Shown here in pieces: positions 11,456 to 20,759 of a DNA stretch of 64,000 bases. Positions within the stretch are counted from its first letter, which is position 1; each line of letters begins with the position of its first letter. The position numbers were made by a program, and so were the translations under genes. A model generated the notes under the pieces. It made no database searches. It worked only from the letters and a program-made list of their open reading frames with translations, and was not told the origin of the DNA. This stretch comes from Candidatus Liptonbacteria bacterium (GTDB taxonomy: Bacteria; Patescibacteriota; Minisyncoccia; UBA6257; 2-01-FULL-56-20), in contig VGJV01000001.1 in the NCBI GenBank assembly GCA_016867315.1, forward strand, positions 34,863-98,862, written 5' to 3'.

Positions 11456-11483
11456 ATTTTAGTCGCACCTGAAGAGGTGTCAA
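11456..11483 (-). promoter_or_regulatory. sigmaA-type promoter for groESL (TTGACA-N16-TAAAAT on minus strand), TSS predicted at CIRCE edge
   Basis: Reverse complement reads TTGACAcctcttcaggtgcgacTAAAAT; -35 lies in a palindrome GTGTCAAcaccTTGACAC just after the NUDIX stop. Confidence 0.45.
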
Positions 11484-11506
11484 CACCTTGACACTCCTCT
11501 TTTCTA

Positions 11507-11941
11507 TTACGTTTCTAATATTTTCAGATATTTCCCCAGAAATACAGGCACTTGCGAGTGGAGCGGAGCGGGAGATTCCGTCAATTTAAACCACGCAAGC
11601 TCGTCGGCCATATCGGGTTCTAAATTCTTTACTTCCGCGGGACTCACAAGCACTTTGTAATCAAACATCATCCAGTGGGTAGGTTTCCCCTCGTGTTCGC
11701 GCCGGACTTCCCGAACTCCCATAAATTCGATTTGTAATGCTTCCGCGCCATATTCCTCTTTCGTTTCTCTACGAACGGTTTCTTCGAGGCTCTCCCCGAA
11801 TTCCACTCCCCCGCCAGGGAAACACCATGTCCCATGCTCGTCGCGACATTTATTGCTTCGTTTGGTCCATAAATAATTCCCTTTGCCGTCGTGACAGGCG
11901 AAGGCGATTCCCACGGCTATATAATCCACGCCCGATCTCAT
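11507..11941 (-). CDS. NUDIX hydrolase
   Basis: Nudix box GGGVEFGESLEETVRRETKEEYG. Confidence 0.8.
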   Translation of the reverse strand: MRSGVDYIAVGIAFACHDGKGNYLWTKRSNKCRDEHGTWCFPGGGVEFGESLEETVRRETKEEYGAEALQIEFMGVREVRREHEGKPTHWMMFDYKVLVSPAEVKNLEPDMADELAWFKLTESPAPLHSQVPVFLGKYLKILET

Positions 11942-11944
11942 TAT

Positions 11945-12862
11945 TTAATTTTTACCAAGCTCTTCGTAGATATTCAAAATTCCTTTCACCGCGTCACCCG
12001 CCGAGATATTATTCTGCTTGTAGAGCACATCCGAGACATCCCCTACCGCCCAGATGCGGGGATGAGAAGTCTTTTGGGTTTTGTGATCCACTACAATCTC
12101 GCCGAATTTATTCAGCTCCACTAAATGTTTCACAAAATCCGAGTTCGGCAACGCGCCAATTTCGATAAATACTCCCTCGAGCGCCAATTCTTTCGTCTCT
12201 CCGCTTTGGCGGTCTTTGTATTTCAGTCCTTTCACCAATTTGTCTCCTAGAATTTCCGAGGTTTGCGCGTTAAAAATCACCGCGAGCTTATCGCTTTTCT
12301 TAATCCGCTCGAATGTCACCGGGTCTCCTTTCACCGAATCGGAATATTCCAAGAGATAAATCTTCGACGCATAGGGCAGCAAATCCCCCACCGCCTCCAG
12401 CCCAGAGTTCCCTCCACCCACCACCGCCACTACTTTGTTTTTAAAAAGCGGCGCATCGCAAGTCGAACAATACGCCACCCCTTTTCCATCCAACTCGTGT
12501 TCACCTGGGACATTTAACTTTTTACGGCGGCTACCTGAAGCAATAAAAAGAAAGCGAGATTCCAGAGTTTTCCCGTTTTTGGTTTTCACGATGAACTTAT
12601 ATCCCTCATCTCCCACAGACTCTACGAGATCGCCGTCAATCACCTCCATATCTTCCTGTGCACGAAGGTGATCCTCAAGCATCTTGCCCAAATCAAAACC
12701 GGAGACGGATTTCGTTCCCACCCAATTTTGAATATCTGTCGAAACCAAGGATTGGCCGCCAAACGTGTCCGTGACGAGCACGGATTTAATTTTCTTTCGA
12801 GCCGCATAAATTCCAGCGGCGACACCGCCGGGTCCTCCCCCGATGATTAGCAAATCATACAT
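11945..12862 (-). CDS. trxB: thioredoxin-disulfide reductase (start placed at ATG MYDLLIIGGGPGG; ORF-track start at 12904 is a GTG)
   Basis: FAD motif GGGPGG, redox-active CSTCD, NADPH GGGNSG, VFAVGDV. Confidence 0.8.
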   Translation of the reverse strand: MYDLLIIGGGPGGVAAGIYAARKKIKSVLVTDTFGGQSLVSTDIQNWVGTKSVSGFDLGKMLEDHLRAQEDMEVIDGDLVESVGDEGYKFIVKTKNGKTLESRFLFIASGSRRKKLNVPGEHELDGKGVAYCSTCDAPLFKNKVVAVVGGGNSGLEAVGDLLPYASKIYLLEYSDSVKGDPVTFERIKKSDKLAVIFNAQTSEILGDKLVKGLKYKDRQSGETKELALEGVFIEIGALPNSDFVKHLVELNKFGEIVVDHKTQKTSHPRIWAVGDVSDVLYKQNNISAGDAVKGILNIYEELGKN

Positions 12863-12930
12863 TGGAATGAATTGGGAATTTTGAAGTGTGAGTGTGTCAT
12901 TCACAATTCCAAATTCACACTTCTCAATTC

Positions 12931-13167
12931 TTACTGTATTTTCAGCGCTTCTGACAAACCCGCGCGATCAAACCCCACAAAAATTTCTCCATCAATGTCG
13001 ATCACGGGCACACCCAGCTGATGCGATTTTTGGACCATTTCTTCCCGAGCCTTCTCATCTTCCGCCACATTCAATTCCTTATACGTCACCCCGTTCTTCT
13101 GGAAAAAATCCTTCGCCATTTTGCAATATACACACGAAGGAGTGGTGTAAATAGTTACGTTGGCCAT
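12931..13167 (-). CDS. glutaredoxin/NrdH-like small thiol oxidoreductase
   Basis: 78 aa; CVYC active site near N-terminus; thioredoxin fold pattern TxxGxPVIDIDG. Confidence 0.75.
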   Translation of the reverse strand: MANVTIYTTPSCVYCKMAKDFFQKNGVTYKELNVAEDEKAREEMVQKSHQLGVPVIDIDGEIFVGFDRAGLSEALKIQ

Positions 13168-13202
13168 GAAAATAATTACTAATCAATAATTATTGATTAT
13201 TT

Positions 13203-13910
13203 TTACTGACCTTTAAGCGCGGCTTCAATCGCCTCCACTACGCGAGTGTCTCCCGGCGCGAGTCCCCGAATTTTCGTTTCATTTACAAAGTTGGTCGGCG
13301 TGGCATCCACTCCTGCAGTACGACCACCATTAGTCTCTTCCTCGACGTGGTCAAGGTATTTCCCCGAATCCAAACAGGAAGTGAATTTTTTCTCATCCAG
13401 CTTTAACTCTTTCGCGAGCCTCAAGAAAAGGTCTTTGTTCAAATTACCATTATGCTCCTTACCATCTGCGATTTCCGCACGATACAAGGCATCATGGTAA
13501 CCCCAAAATTGCCCTTGCTCGCGAGCGCACTCCGCTGCAAGCCCCGCCGCGGCAGATTCCGGGCCTAAAAATTGGAAATTGCGGAAAATAATTTTCACCT
13601 TTCCTGCGCGTACGTATTCATCCCGAATTCCAGGTTCTATATCCGAGAAGAATCGGCCACAGAAGAGACATTGATAATCTCCATACTCGATGAGCGTTAC
13701 CGGAGCTTTTGCATCTCCCAACACCACATCTTCTGGAAGCACTTTTAATATCGCTGCGGCAGCATTTACTTCCCCGCCTTCGGATGGCGCGTTGTTTTTT
13801 GAACCCACCATGTACACAATCGAGCCCGAGATAAGCACACCCGCGATCAAAATACTTACCGGCAAAAGTAAGTCTCGCGAAGGTCCAGAAGAAGGAGGGG
13901 TTTCGGTCAT
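13203..13910 (-). CDS. DsbA-family thiol:disulfide oxidoreductase, membrane-anchored
   Basis: N-terminal TM, CLFC active site, thioredoxin-like fold length. Confidence 0.7.
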   Translation of the reverse strand: MTETPPSSGPSRDLLLPVSILIAGVLISGSIVYMVGSKNNAPSEGGEVNAAAAILKVLPEDVVLGDAKAPVTLIEYGDYQCLFCGRFFSDIEPGIRDEYVRAGKVKIIFRNFQFLGPESAAAGLAAECAREQGQFWGYHDALYRAEIADGKEHNGNLNKDLFLRLAKELKLDEKKFTSCLDSGKYLDHVEEETNGGRTAGVDATPTNFVNETKIRGLAPGDTRVVEAIEAALKGQ

Positions 13911-14017
13911 TGGAGGAATACTACCAAGCGAAAGCGGAAGGGGTCAACCCGGTAGTAGATCCGCGAGTGGGAATTCTCAGAGTGAACTCGCGGATTCACT
14001 ACCGGGTCAATCCTTGC

Positions 14018-14686
14018 TCAAGGACTGTACGCAAAACGGCCCGCGCCTATCAGTGCATGATCTCTTGGGAAGAGCTTTTCGCACATTCGGAAAATGGCGT
14101 AGGTGATGAACGGCGCAGAAAAAACATCAATGGAGTAATGCACGTGTGCGAAAAGAACCGAAAGTCCGAATACTACCGTCGATATAAGGAAAAACCATCT
14201 CCATCCCCGTTCTCGCCAAAATATAAGCGCCAAGAGAAAGGGCAGTCCCGTGTGCCCAGAGAAGAAATAGTTCCCCTGGAAGGTGAAAAGGCTGTAGAGG
14301 CGCGCTCCTACTCCTTCATCCAATGAAATCTGCTCGGGGTAGACGCCGATATGCGTAAGACTCACGAAAAATGATCGGAATATTACGAAGAGGGCAATCG
14401 CTTTGAGCCCAAACAAGAGATATTGCGGCCGAGCAGCTAAAAGAACACTCACCACCACCCAGAAGAGTAATGCTCCCTGCACCACTAAGAAATCGATATC
14501 GAGGGCGGGAAAGTTATCCAAAAATATATCACCTACGAAATTAGAAAGTTCCGCGGAACGGGCGGAGTAGTGGCCAGCCTGAATATGCAACACCAAGCTC
14601 AAACCGAGCAGCAATACCCCTAAATACAAGGAATGCCGCCGGTCCTTGTTCCAAAAACTCTTATGGAGCGAGAAAAGCTTCCTCAT
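14018..14686 (-). CDS. PAP2-superfamily integral membrane protein (phosphatase/sphingomyelin-synthase-like)
   Basis: Multiple TM; SGHTG and HVHYSIDV motifs resembling PAP2 PSGH / SRxxxxxHxxxD. Confidence 0.45.
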   Translation of the reverse strand: MRKLFSLHKSFWNKDRRHSLYLGVLLLGLSLVLHIQAGHYSARSAELSNFVGDIFLDNFPALDIDFLVVQGALLFWVVVSVLLAARPQYLLFGLKAIALFVIFRSFFVSLTHIGVYPEQISLDEGVGARLYSLFTFQGNYFFSGHTGLPFLLALIFWRERGWRWFFLISTVVFGLSVLFAHVHYSIDVFSAPFITYAIFRMCEKLFPRDHALIGAGRFAYSP

Positions 14687-14744
14687 CGCGCCTTTATACT
14701 ATCAAAATATAGTAAAAACGTCTACAATGGATTAGGAAATTCAC

Positions 14745-15359
14745 ATGGAACCAGGCAGTTTTAATGCAACTACAGAATGGGTACTTTCCCACGGGTATTT
14801 CCTGATGTTTATAGGCATGCTCGTGTGGGGGCCTCCCATCACCGCCGCCGGCGCTTTCGGCGCGGCGATCAATTATTTCAATATATGGATCGTATTTTTA
14901 TTGTCCCTCACGAGCAACCTTTTGGGAGACGTTATTTTTTATGCGATCGGATATTGGGGCCGGGAAGAATTTATCCTCAAATATGGCAAATATATCGGGA
15001 TCACCAAACCCCGACTTAAAGTTTCCCAAAAGCTCCTTACTGAAAACATAGGAAAAGCGATGACTATCTCAAAATTGGTGCCGCTCTTGGCGCTGCCGGG
15101 ACTTGTCATGGCGGGCCTCGTAAAGGTTCCGCTTCGGCCTTATGTATGGTGGGCAGTCGTGATCGCACTTCCAAGTACGTTGGTGTATTTGGTATTGGGT
15201 TATTATTTCGGCACCATCTATGACACCCTGGAGCGCTACCTCCATCTCGGCGGAGCTGTCGTAGCGGCACTCATTCTCCTCTTTGTCATCTTTGCACACT
15301 ATACCCGCCGAGTTTCGAAACATATGGAAAAGGAGCACGGGGGGCACGACGAGGATTAA
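14745..15359 (+). CDS. DedA/SNARE-associated family membrane protein
   Basis: About 200 aa polytopic membrane protein with DedA-like layout; divergent from PAP2-like gene. Confidence 0.55.
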   Translation: MEPGSFNATTEWVLSHGYFLMFIGMLVWGPPITAAGAFGAAINYFNIWIVFLLSLTSNLLGDVIFYAIGYWGREEFILKYGKYIGITKPRLKVSQKLLTENIGKAMTISKLVPLLALPGLVMAGLVKVPLRPYVWWAVVIALPSTLVYLVLGYYFGTIYDTLERYLHLGGAVVAALILLFVIFAHYTRRVSKHMEKEHGGHDED

Positions 15360-15360
15360 G

Positions 15361-16593
15361 ATGCGGATCGCTTTTTTTTCTGACAACTTTTATCCGGAAC
15401 TTTCAGGAGTAAGTGATTCGATTCTCACACTCGGGAAAGAACTTGCCCGACGAGGACATGACGTGCTTTTTTCGGTCCCCGCATATTCTTCCGCCGCCTT
15501 CCGGCGAGCAAAAGTGCCTCTTGAAGAACTCGAGTTAGGAGACCATATTTCTATCGAACGCCGGTTTTCTCTCCCCTTCCCCGGGAGTCCCACCGGACAA
15601 GGCAGAATCGCGATTCCTCTTCCTCGACTTACGGCTCAGGTAAAAAGCTTTGCTCCTGAAGTAATCCACACTCAATTCTTTTTTGGCATGGGACTCGCGG
15701 CGCTTTCCGCCTCGAAACGTTTAGGAGTGCCGCTCGTGGGCACCAGCCATACTGCTACTAAAGAGTTTCTCGCGTACGCTCCGATACGAGCAGCCTGGTC
15801 CGACCGGCTCGTCATCAAATATATGAACTGGTTTTACTCCCAATGCGATATAGTTACTGCTCCTTCTGCTTCCGTACTCGAAGAAATGCACGCCGATGGC
15901 TTTGCCAAAGAAGGCCGGGCACTTTCGAATCCCATCGACACTGACTTATTTTCGCCCCAAGCAGACAAGGAGGCGCTCAAACAAAAATTCGGATTCGGAC
16001 CTCACACGCTTTTTCATGCGGGGAGATTTTCTGAAGAGCGCCACATCGATGTTCTTATAGAAGCTTTGGCGGAGGTACGACGTACCGTGCATGATGCGGA
16101 GCTCGCCATCGCCGGGCGCGGTGCCTCAGAAGCCTTTCTCAAACAAAAAGCGGCTAATCTGGGACTCAATGGAGCAGTGAGGTTTTTGGGGCTTCTTGAT
16201 AAACCCACTCTTGCCGCGGCTTACAATGCGAGCGATATATTTCTTATCGCGAGCACCTGTGAAACCCAAAGCCTGGTTCTTATGCAAGCCTTTGCCTGTG
16301 GTCTCCCCGCGATCGGGGTGCGCGCTCGCGCACTGCCCGAATACATCAATTCGCAAAATGGGTTTCTCACGGAACCCGGGGACGCGCACGGGATGGGCGC
16401 TTATGCCGCACGACTTCTGCTCGATGCGACCCTCCGTCGCAAACTTGGAAAAGGAGCGAGGAGCTTCTCAGAGCAATTCAGCACTCCTTCTATTGCTGAC
16501 CAATGGGAGGCAATTTATGCCGAGGCCATTGCGCGCTACCATGCGAACAGCCTAGCGCAAATAGCAAAGGGCAAACAGTTATTACCTTCATGA
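15361..16593 (+). CDS. glycosyltransferase family 4 (start moved to MRIAFFS, GAGGA RBS upstream)
   Basis: GT-B fold; EAxACGLPAIG-like C-terminal motif (QAFACGLPAIGVRA). Confidence 0.8.
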   Translation: MRIAFFSDNFYPELSGVSDSILTLGKELARRGHDVLFSVPAYSSAAFRRAKVPLEELELGDHISIERRFSLPFPGSPTGQGRIAIPLPRLTAQVKSFAPEVIHTQFFFGMGLAALSASKRLGVPLVGTSHTATKEFLAYAPIRAAWSDRLVIKYMNWFYSQCDIVTAPSASVLEEMHADGFAKEGRALSNPIDTDLFSPQADKEALKQKFGFGPHTLFHAGRFSEERHIDVLIEALAEVRRTVHDAELAIAGRGASEAFLKQKAANLGLNGAVRFLGLLDKPTLAAAYNASDIFLIASTCETQSLVLMQAFACGLPAIGVRARALPEYINSQNGFLTEPGDAHGMGAYAARLLLDATLRRKLGKGARSFSEQFSTPSIADQWEAIYAEAIARYHANSLAQIAKGKQLLPS

Positions 16594-16715
16594 ATCCCGT
16601 TAGAGACAACTGGACAATGCTTATGGCAATTCTAATATTTTGGAAAAGAACGCCTATTATTTTAAATAAGTCGTTTTGTTACGGTTCCGCAAGCGGAACC
16701 TGCCTCTAACGGGAT
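16594..16715. repeat. MITE-like element copy A: 15-bp terminal inverted repeats ATCCCGTTAGAGACA / TGCCTCTAACGGGAT plus internal perfect palindrome GGTTCCGC-AA-GCGGAACC
   Basis: Fills the whole GT4-GT2 spacer; same TIRs and palindrome recur in opposite orientation at 51263-51381. Confidence 0.55.
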
Positions 16716-17427
16716 GAATATAAGCTTTATTGTGCCTGCATATAATGAAGAGAAATACATCGGGCCCTGTCTCGAGAGCATCTTTGCGCATACGGGAGAA
16801 GAAGTGCAAGAAATTCTCGTGATCAATAATGCTTCGACCGATCGCACCGCAGAAGTCGCCGGCAAATTCCCAAAGGTACGCGTCGTGCATGAACCTAAGA
16901 AGGGACTTACTTTTGCGCGCGAACGCGGGCTTCGGGAAGCTCAGGGAGAGTTTCTTGCCTACATTGATGCGGACACTCGTCTCCACGCAGGATGGCTTCC
17001 TATCGTAAAGGAAGAATTTTCCAAACGGAACGATCTCGTATGCCTCAGCGGGCCTTTCTCCTATTACGATCTCACGCCTTCTCAAAAATTCGCAGCCGAG
17101 ATGGGATGGAAAATCTTTGCTCCTCTTACTTATGCGATCGTAGGATATATGGTGCTCGGAGCCAATTTTATCGTGCGAAAAGACGCCCTTCTTCAAGCCG
17201 GGACATTCAATACTTCCGTCGCCTTCTATGGGGAAGATACGGATATCGCCCGCCGATTGAGCAAAGTAGGAACCGTGCTTTTCCGCATGAACTTCTTTAT
17301 CTTGGGGTCAGGACGCCGACTGCTTGCCGAAGGCTTGTTAAAAACATATGCCACCTATGCTGCTAACTTCATTTCGGAAGTCGCGTGGCACAAGCCCGTA
17401 ACAAAGCGTTATAAAGATATCCGATGA
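16714..17427 (+). CDS. glycosyltransferase family 2
   Basis: SFIVPAYNEE, DADT (DXD) motifs. Confidence 0.8.
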   Translation: MNISFIVPAYNEEKYIGPCLESIFAHTGEEVQEILVINNASTDRTAEVAGKFPKVRVVHEPKKGLTFARERGLREAQGEFLAYIDADTRLHAGWLPIVKEEFSKRNDLVCLSGPFSYYDLTPSQKFAAEMGWKIFAPLTYAIVGYMVLGANFIVRKDALLQAGTFNTSVAFYGEDTDIARRLSKVGTVLFRMNFFILGSGRRLLAEGLLKTYATYAANFISEVAWHKPVTKRYKDIR

Positions 17428-17975
17428 CTCCTCCAAAAAAAGCAGCACTTGCTACGACCATCTTTTCTCTCGCGGGAGTGGCTTCTATTCTCGCGACCGT
17501 AACCCATTGGGGAGCTTCGTCCCCCCTCATCATTTTTTATGCCTTGCTTATGGTCCACACGTTTTTTTCCGTACGCTGCTTTTCCGCTTTCACTCCCGAA
17601 GACAACAAAGCCCAAAATTTCATCGATGTAGTACTCGCGCTCGTATATTTCGGATTGGCTTTTACTCTTTCCACGCCTTCTTATTTTACCGTCGCTACAG
17701 GCCTTCTTTTCAGTATTTCCATACTCAAGTATTCGCATCTCATGGGGCTCACGAGAAATCCCGCTGCACTTATTCTCCTTTATAGAAAGATTCGAGCCCA
17801 AGCTTTGGGCACTACACTGGTACTTTTTGTGCTGCTTGGAATCCTCGCCGGATATTCTTCCCAAGCAATACTCGCCGGAGTCATCGCGTTCTGTCTTTTG
17901 AGTATCAATTATTTATTTCTTAATCCGCTTTACCCATACCACGGTAAAATTGACGCTTCGGGCAAACATTCGTAG
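17424..17975 (+). CDS. hypothetical polytopic membrane protein
   Basis: 4-5 predicted TM helices; ATGA overlap with upstream GT2; no recognisable domain. Confidence 0.5.
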   Translation: MTPPKKAALATTIFSLAGVASILATVTHWGASSPLIIFYALLMVHTFFSVRCFSAFTPEDNKAQNFIDVVLALVYFGLAFTLSTPSYFTVATGLLFSISILKYSHLMGLTRNPAALILLYRKIRAQALGTTLVLFVLLGILAGYSSQAILAGVIAFCLLSINYLFLNPLYPYHGKIDASGKHS

Positions 17976-17984
17976 GATTTCCCT

Positions 17985-19301
17985 ATGTTCCTTCTCCTCA
18001 TAGGAGACATCGCGACGCTCTATATAAGTCTCGTGGCCACGCTTCTTATTCGTCACGGGGCGGCTTTCGGGCCGGAACTCTACGACCGGCATTTGGCACC
18101 GTTTTCCATAATTTTTGCTCTTTGGATACTGGTCTTCTATACCGCGGGACTTTATGACATCCGGCGGCTACGCAACAGCCTGGAATTTTTCAAAACGTTA
18201 TCGCTCGCCCTCGCGACGAACGCTCTTCTTACGGTTACTCTTTTCTATCTCGTGCCTTTCTTTGGGATCGCTCCCAAAACGAATCTTTTTATCTTCCTTG
18301 GCATCTTTACGGTGCTCGAAGTGACGTGGCGCCGATTTTGGAATTTGTATGCAGCGAAGGGAGAAGCGCCAAATAAAGTGGTACTTATCGGAGAAGGACA
18401 AAGTGCTCGAGAAATCGAAGAGATTATTTCTCACAATCCCCAACTCGGCTACTCTCTCGTTAAACATTTGCCTCCCACTCTTCCCACGGGGGTAACCCCG
18501 GGATTCCTCCGAGAGTCGCTCGCTGCCTCGGGGGGAAATTTGGTGGTAATAGATAGAAAACTTAAAAGCATTCCGACGCTGAATCGAGAGCTCTATGCCC
18601 TGCTCCGCACCGGCGTAGAAGTTAAAGATATTCCTTCTTTTTACGAATCGCTTTTTAAAAAAGTCCCTCTTCAAGAAATCGAGGAAGGTTGGATTCTAGA
18701 GAATATTGCCGATCAAACCCGGTTTTATGATCCTTTGAAGCGGGGTTTCGAATTTTGTGCGGCCCTGTTTCTTTTCATAGCCCTTCTGCCGCTCGAAATT
18801 CTCTTAGGACTTTTGGTGATTCTTACTTCTCGCGGGCCCGCTATTTATAAACAAGTACGCGTAGGGAAATATGGGGAGGAATTCACCCTTTATAAATTCC
18901 GCACCATGCGGCGGGATGCAGAACGACATGGGCCTCAGTGGTCGGGGCCGCAGGATGCTCGCGTAACCTTGGTTGGCAAGATTCTCCGCCACACACATCT
19001 CGATGAACTGCCTCAACTTTGGAACATACTTCGCGGCGACCTTTCTTTTGTAGGGCCCCGGCCGGAACGACCGGAATTTGTACGAGACCTCAAAGAAAAG
19101 GTTGCGTATTACGAAATCCGGCTCCTCGTGAAACCAGGAGTGACCGGGTGGGCACAAATCAATTATCGAAGCGATATCACCACGGAGGACGTAGCGGAGA
19201 AAATTAAATACGATATCTACTACGTGAAGAACCGGTCGCCTATTTTGGATATCGCGATTGTATTTCGCACATTAAAGACCTTATTTGTGACGCCGAAATG
19301 A
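17985..19301 (+). CDS. undecaprenyl-phosphate sugar phosphotransferase (WbaP/bacterial sugar transferase family)
   Basis: N-terminal TM block; C-terminal FRTMRRDAE...DELPQLWNILRGDLSFVGPRPERPEF signature. Confidence 0.85.
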   Translation: MFLLLIGDIATLYISLVATLLIRHGAAFGPELYDRHLAPFSIIFALWILVFYTAGLYDIRRLRNSLEFFKTLSLALATNALLTVTLFYLVPFFGIAPKTNLFIFLGIFTVLEVTWRRFWNLYAAKGEAPNKVVLIGEGQSAREIEEIISHNPQLGYSLVKHLPPTLPTGVTPGFLRESLAASGGNLVVIDRKLKSIPTLNRELYALLRTGVEVKDIPSFYESLFKKVPLQEIEEGWILENIADQTRFYDPLKRGFEFCAALFLFIALLPLEILLGLLVILTSRGPAIYKQVRVGKYGEEFTLYKFRTMRRDAERHGPQWSGPQDARVTLVGKILRHTHLDELPQLWNILRGDLSFVGPRPERPEFVRDLKEKVAYYEIRLLVKPGVTGWAQINYRSDITTEDVAEKIKYDIYYVKNRSPILDIAIVFRTLKTLFVTPK

Positions 19302-19332
19302 GACAGAAAATAGAAAGTAGAAAATAGAATTT

Positions 19333-20244
19333 ATGAAAATTATTGTTACTGGGGGAGCTGGATTCATCGGCTCACATGTCGTGGACACTTATATTCGGGC
19401 GGGGCATAGGGTTTCGATCATCGACAATCTCTCTACGGGTTCACGGCGAAATATAAACCCCCGAGCGAAGTTTTATAAAGCAGATATTCGTGATCCACAG
19501 TCGATCGAGAAGATCTTGAAGAACGTGAAGCCTGACGTGGTGAATCATCATGCCGCACTTGCAAGCGTAATCGCTTCGATCAAAAATCCGAATGCCACGT
19601 TTGAGGTCAATGTGCTTGGGACCGTGAATCTTTTGCGCGCGTTCGGCACTATTAAAAATGCCGAAAAGTTTATTTTTATTTCTACGGGAGGGGCAATGTA
19701 CACCACCACGAAGCTCCCGGCTTCAGAAAAGATTCCCCCCTCCCCTCTTTCTCCTTATGGACTCTCCAAACTCCTAGGCGAGGAAACCGTGAAATTTTAT
19801 GCGCACACATTAGGATTTAATTTCTCTATCTTCCGATATGCGAATGTTTATGGCCCAAGACAGAACCCTCATGGAGAAGCGGGAGTGGTGGCTATATTTA
19901 AAGAGCAGATGAAACGGGGTGAGCGGCCTACTATTTTCGGCGATGGCACGAAAGCGCGGGATTATGTGTATGTGGAAGACTTGGCAAAAGCAAGCGTTGC
20001 GGCGCTCACGAAAGGTAATGGCGGATTATTCAATTTCGGCTTGGGAAAACTCGTAACAGACAAGCAAGTATTCGACACGGTGGCCGAAGCCGTAGGCTTC
20101 CGTAAAACTCCGCGATTCGCTCCCGTGAGGCCCGGAGAAGTGCAGAAAATTTCGCTTGATGCAGGACTCGCGCGGCGGGTGCTGGGATGGAAGCCAACCA
20201 CCTCCTTCGAAGAAGGAGTGAGGCAAGTAGCAAGTAGCAAGTAG
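19333..20244 (+). CDS. NAD-dependent epimerase/dehydratase (UDP-hexose 4-epimerase-like, SDR extended)
   Basis: TGGAGFIGSH Rossmann motif, YxxxK (YGLSK). Confidence 0.8.
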   Translation: MKIIVTGGAGFIGSHVVDTYIRAGHRVSIIDNLSTGSRRNINPRAKFYKADIRDPQSIEKILKNVKPDVVNHHAALASVIASIKNPNATFEVNVLGTVNLLRAFGTIKNAEKFIFISTGGAMYTTTKLPASEKIPPSPLSPYGLSKLLGEETVKFYAHTLGFNFSIFRYANVYGPRQNPHGEAGVVAIFKEQMKRGERPTIFGDGTKARDYVYVEDLAKASVAALTKGNGGLFNFGLGKLVTDKQVFDTVAEAVGFRKTPRFAPVRPGEVQKISLDAGLARRVLGWKPTTSFEEGVRQVASSK

Positions 20245-20258
20245 CAAGTAGCAGAATG

Positions 20259-20729
20259 CTACTTATTATCCTCCCTTTTTATAGCTTCGAGGTAGTTCTT
20301 TAAAAGCCAAGAGCTGGATTGCACTTTCCCACCATCGCCGATATTAAAGACCATCTTGCAGTGAATTTCCTCGCATACGGGCACCTCGGGAATATTCGAG
20401 TGCGTGCGGTCTCCACCATTTGCAAAAATATCAGGCCGGAGTTCGCGAAGTTCCTGACACACGCTCATATCTTCCGGATTTTCAGGATGTTTCGTGAGCA
20501 TCACGGCATCTACCACACGCAGAGCTTCGATCACTTCTTTGCGCTCGGCCTCCGGCATAAATATATGCCGCTTCTTTTTTCGGAGCCAGTTGTCGTTATT
20601 CAGAATTACCACAAGTTTATCTCCCAACTTTTTTGCCTCCTCGAATAAACGCACGTGTCCTACGTGTATTGGATCAAACCCGCCGCTTACCGCCACTACG
20701 ATAGGTTTTTTGCTTTCTTTATTAGCCAT
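20259..20729 (-). CDS. cytidylyltransferase-fold nucleotidyltransferase (HldC/RfaE domain II or TagD-like)
   Basis: SGGFDPIHVGH (HxGH) motif, 156 aa. Confidence 0.7.
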   Translation of the reverse strand: MANKESKKPIVVAVSGGFDPIHVGHVRLFEEAKKLGDKLVVILNNDNWLRKKKRHIFMPEAERKEVIEALRVVDAVMLTKHPENPEDMSVCQELRELRPDIFANGGDRTHSNIPEVPVCEEIHCKMVFNIGDGGKVQSSSWLLKNYLEAIKREDNK

Positions 20730-20759
20730 AGTCCCTGATTATGGGGTAATATACACCAC

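Noticed and set aside
12883-12923. Inverted repeat GAAGTGTGA...TCACACTTC between grx and trxB as a terminator
   Set aside because: No U-run follows on the transcribed (minus) strand. If the trxB GTG start at 12904 is real, the repeat would lie inside coding sequence.
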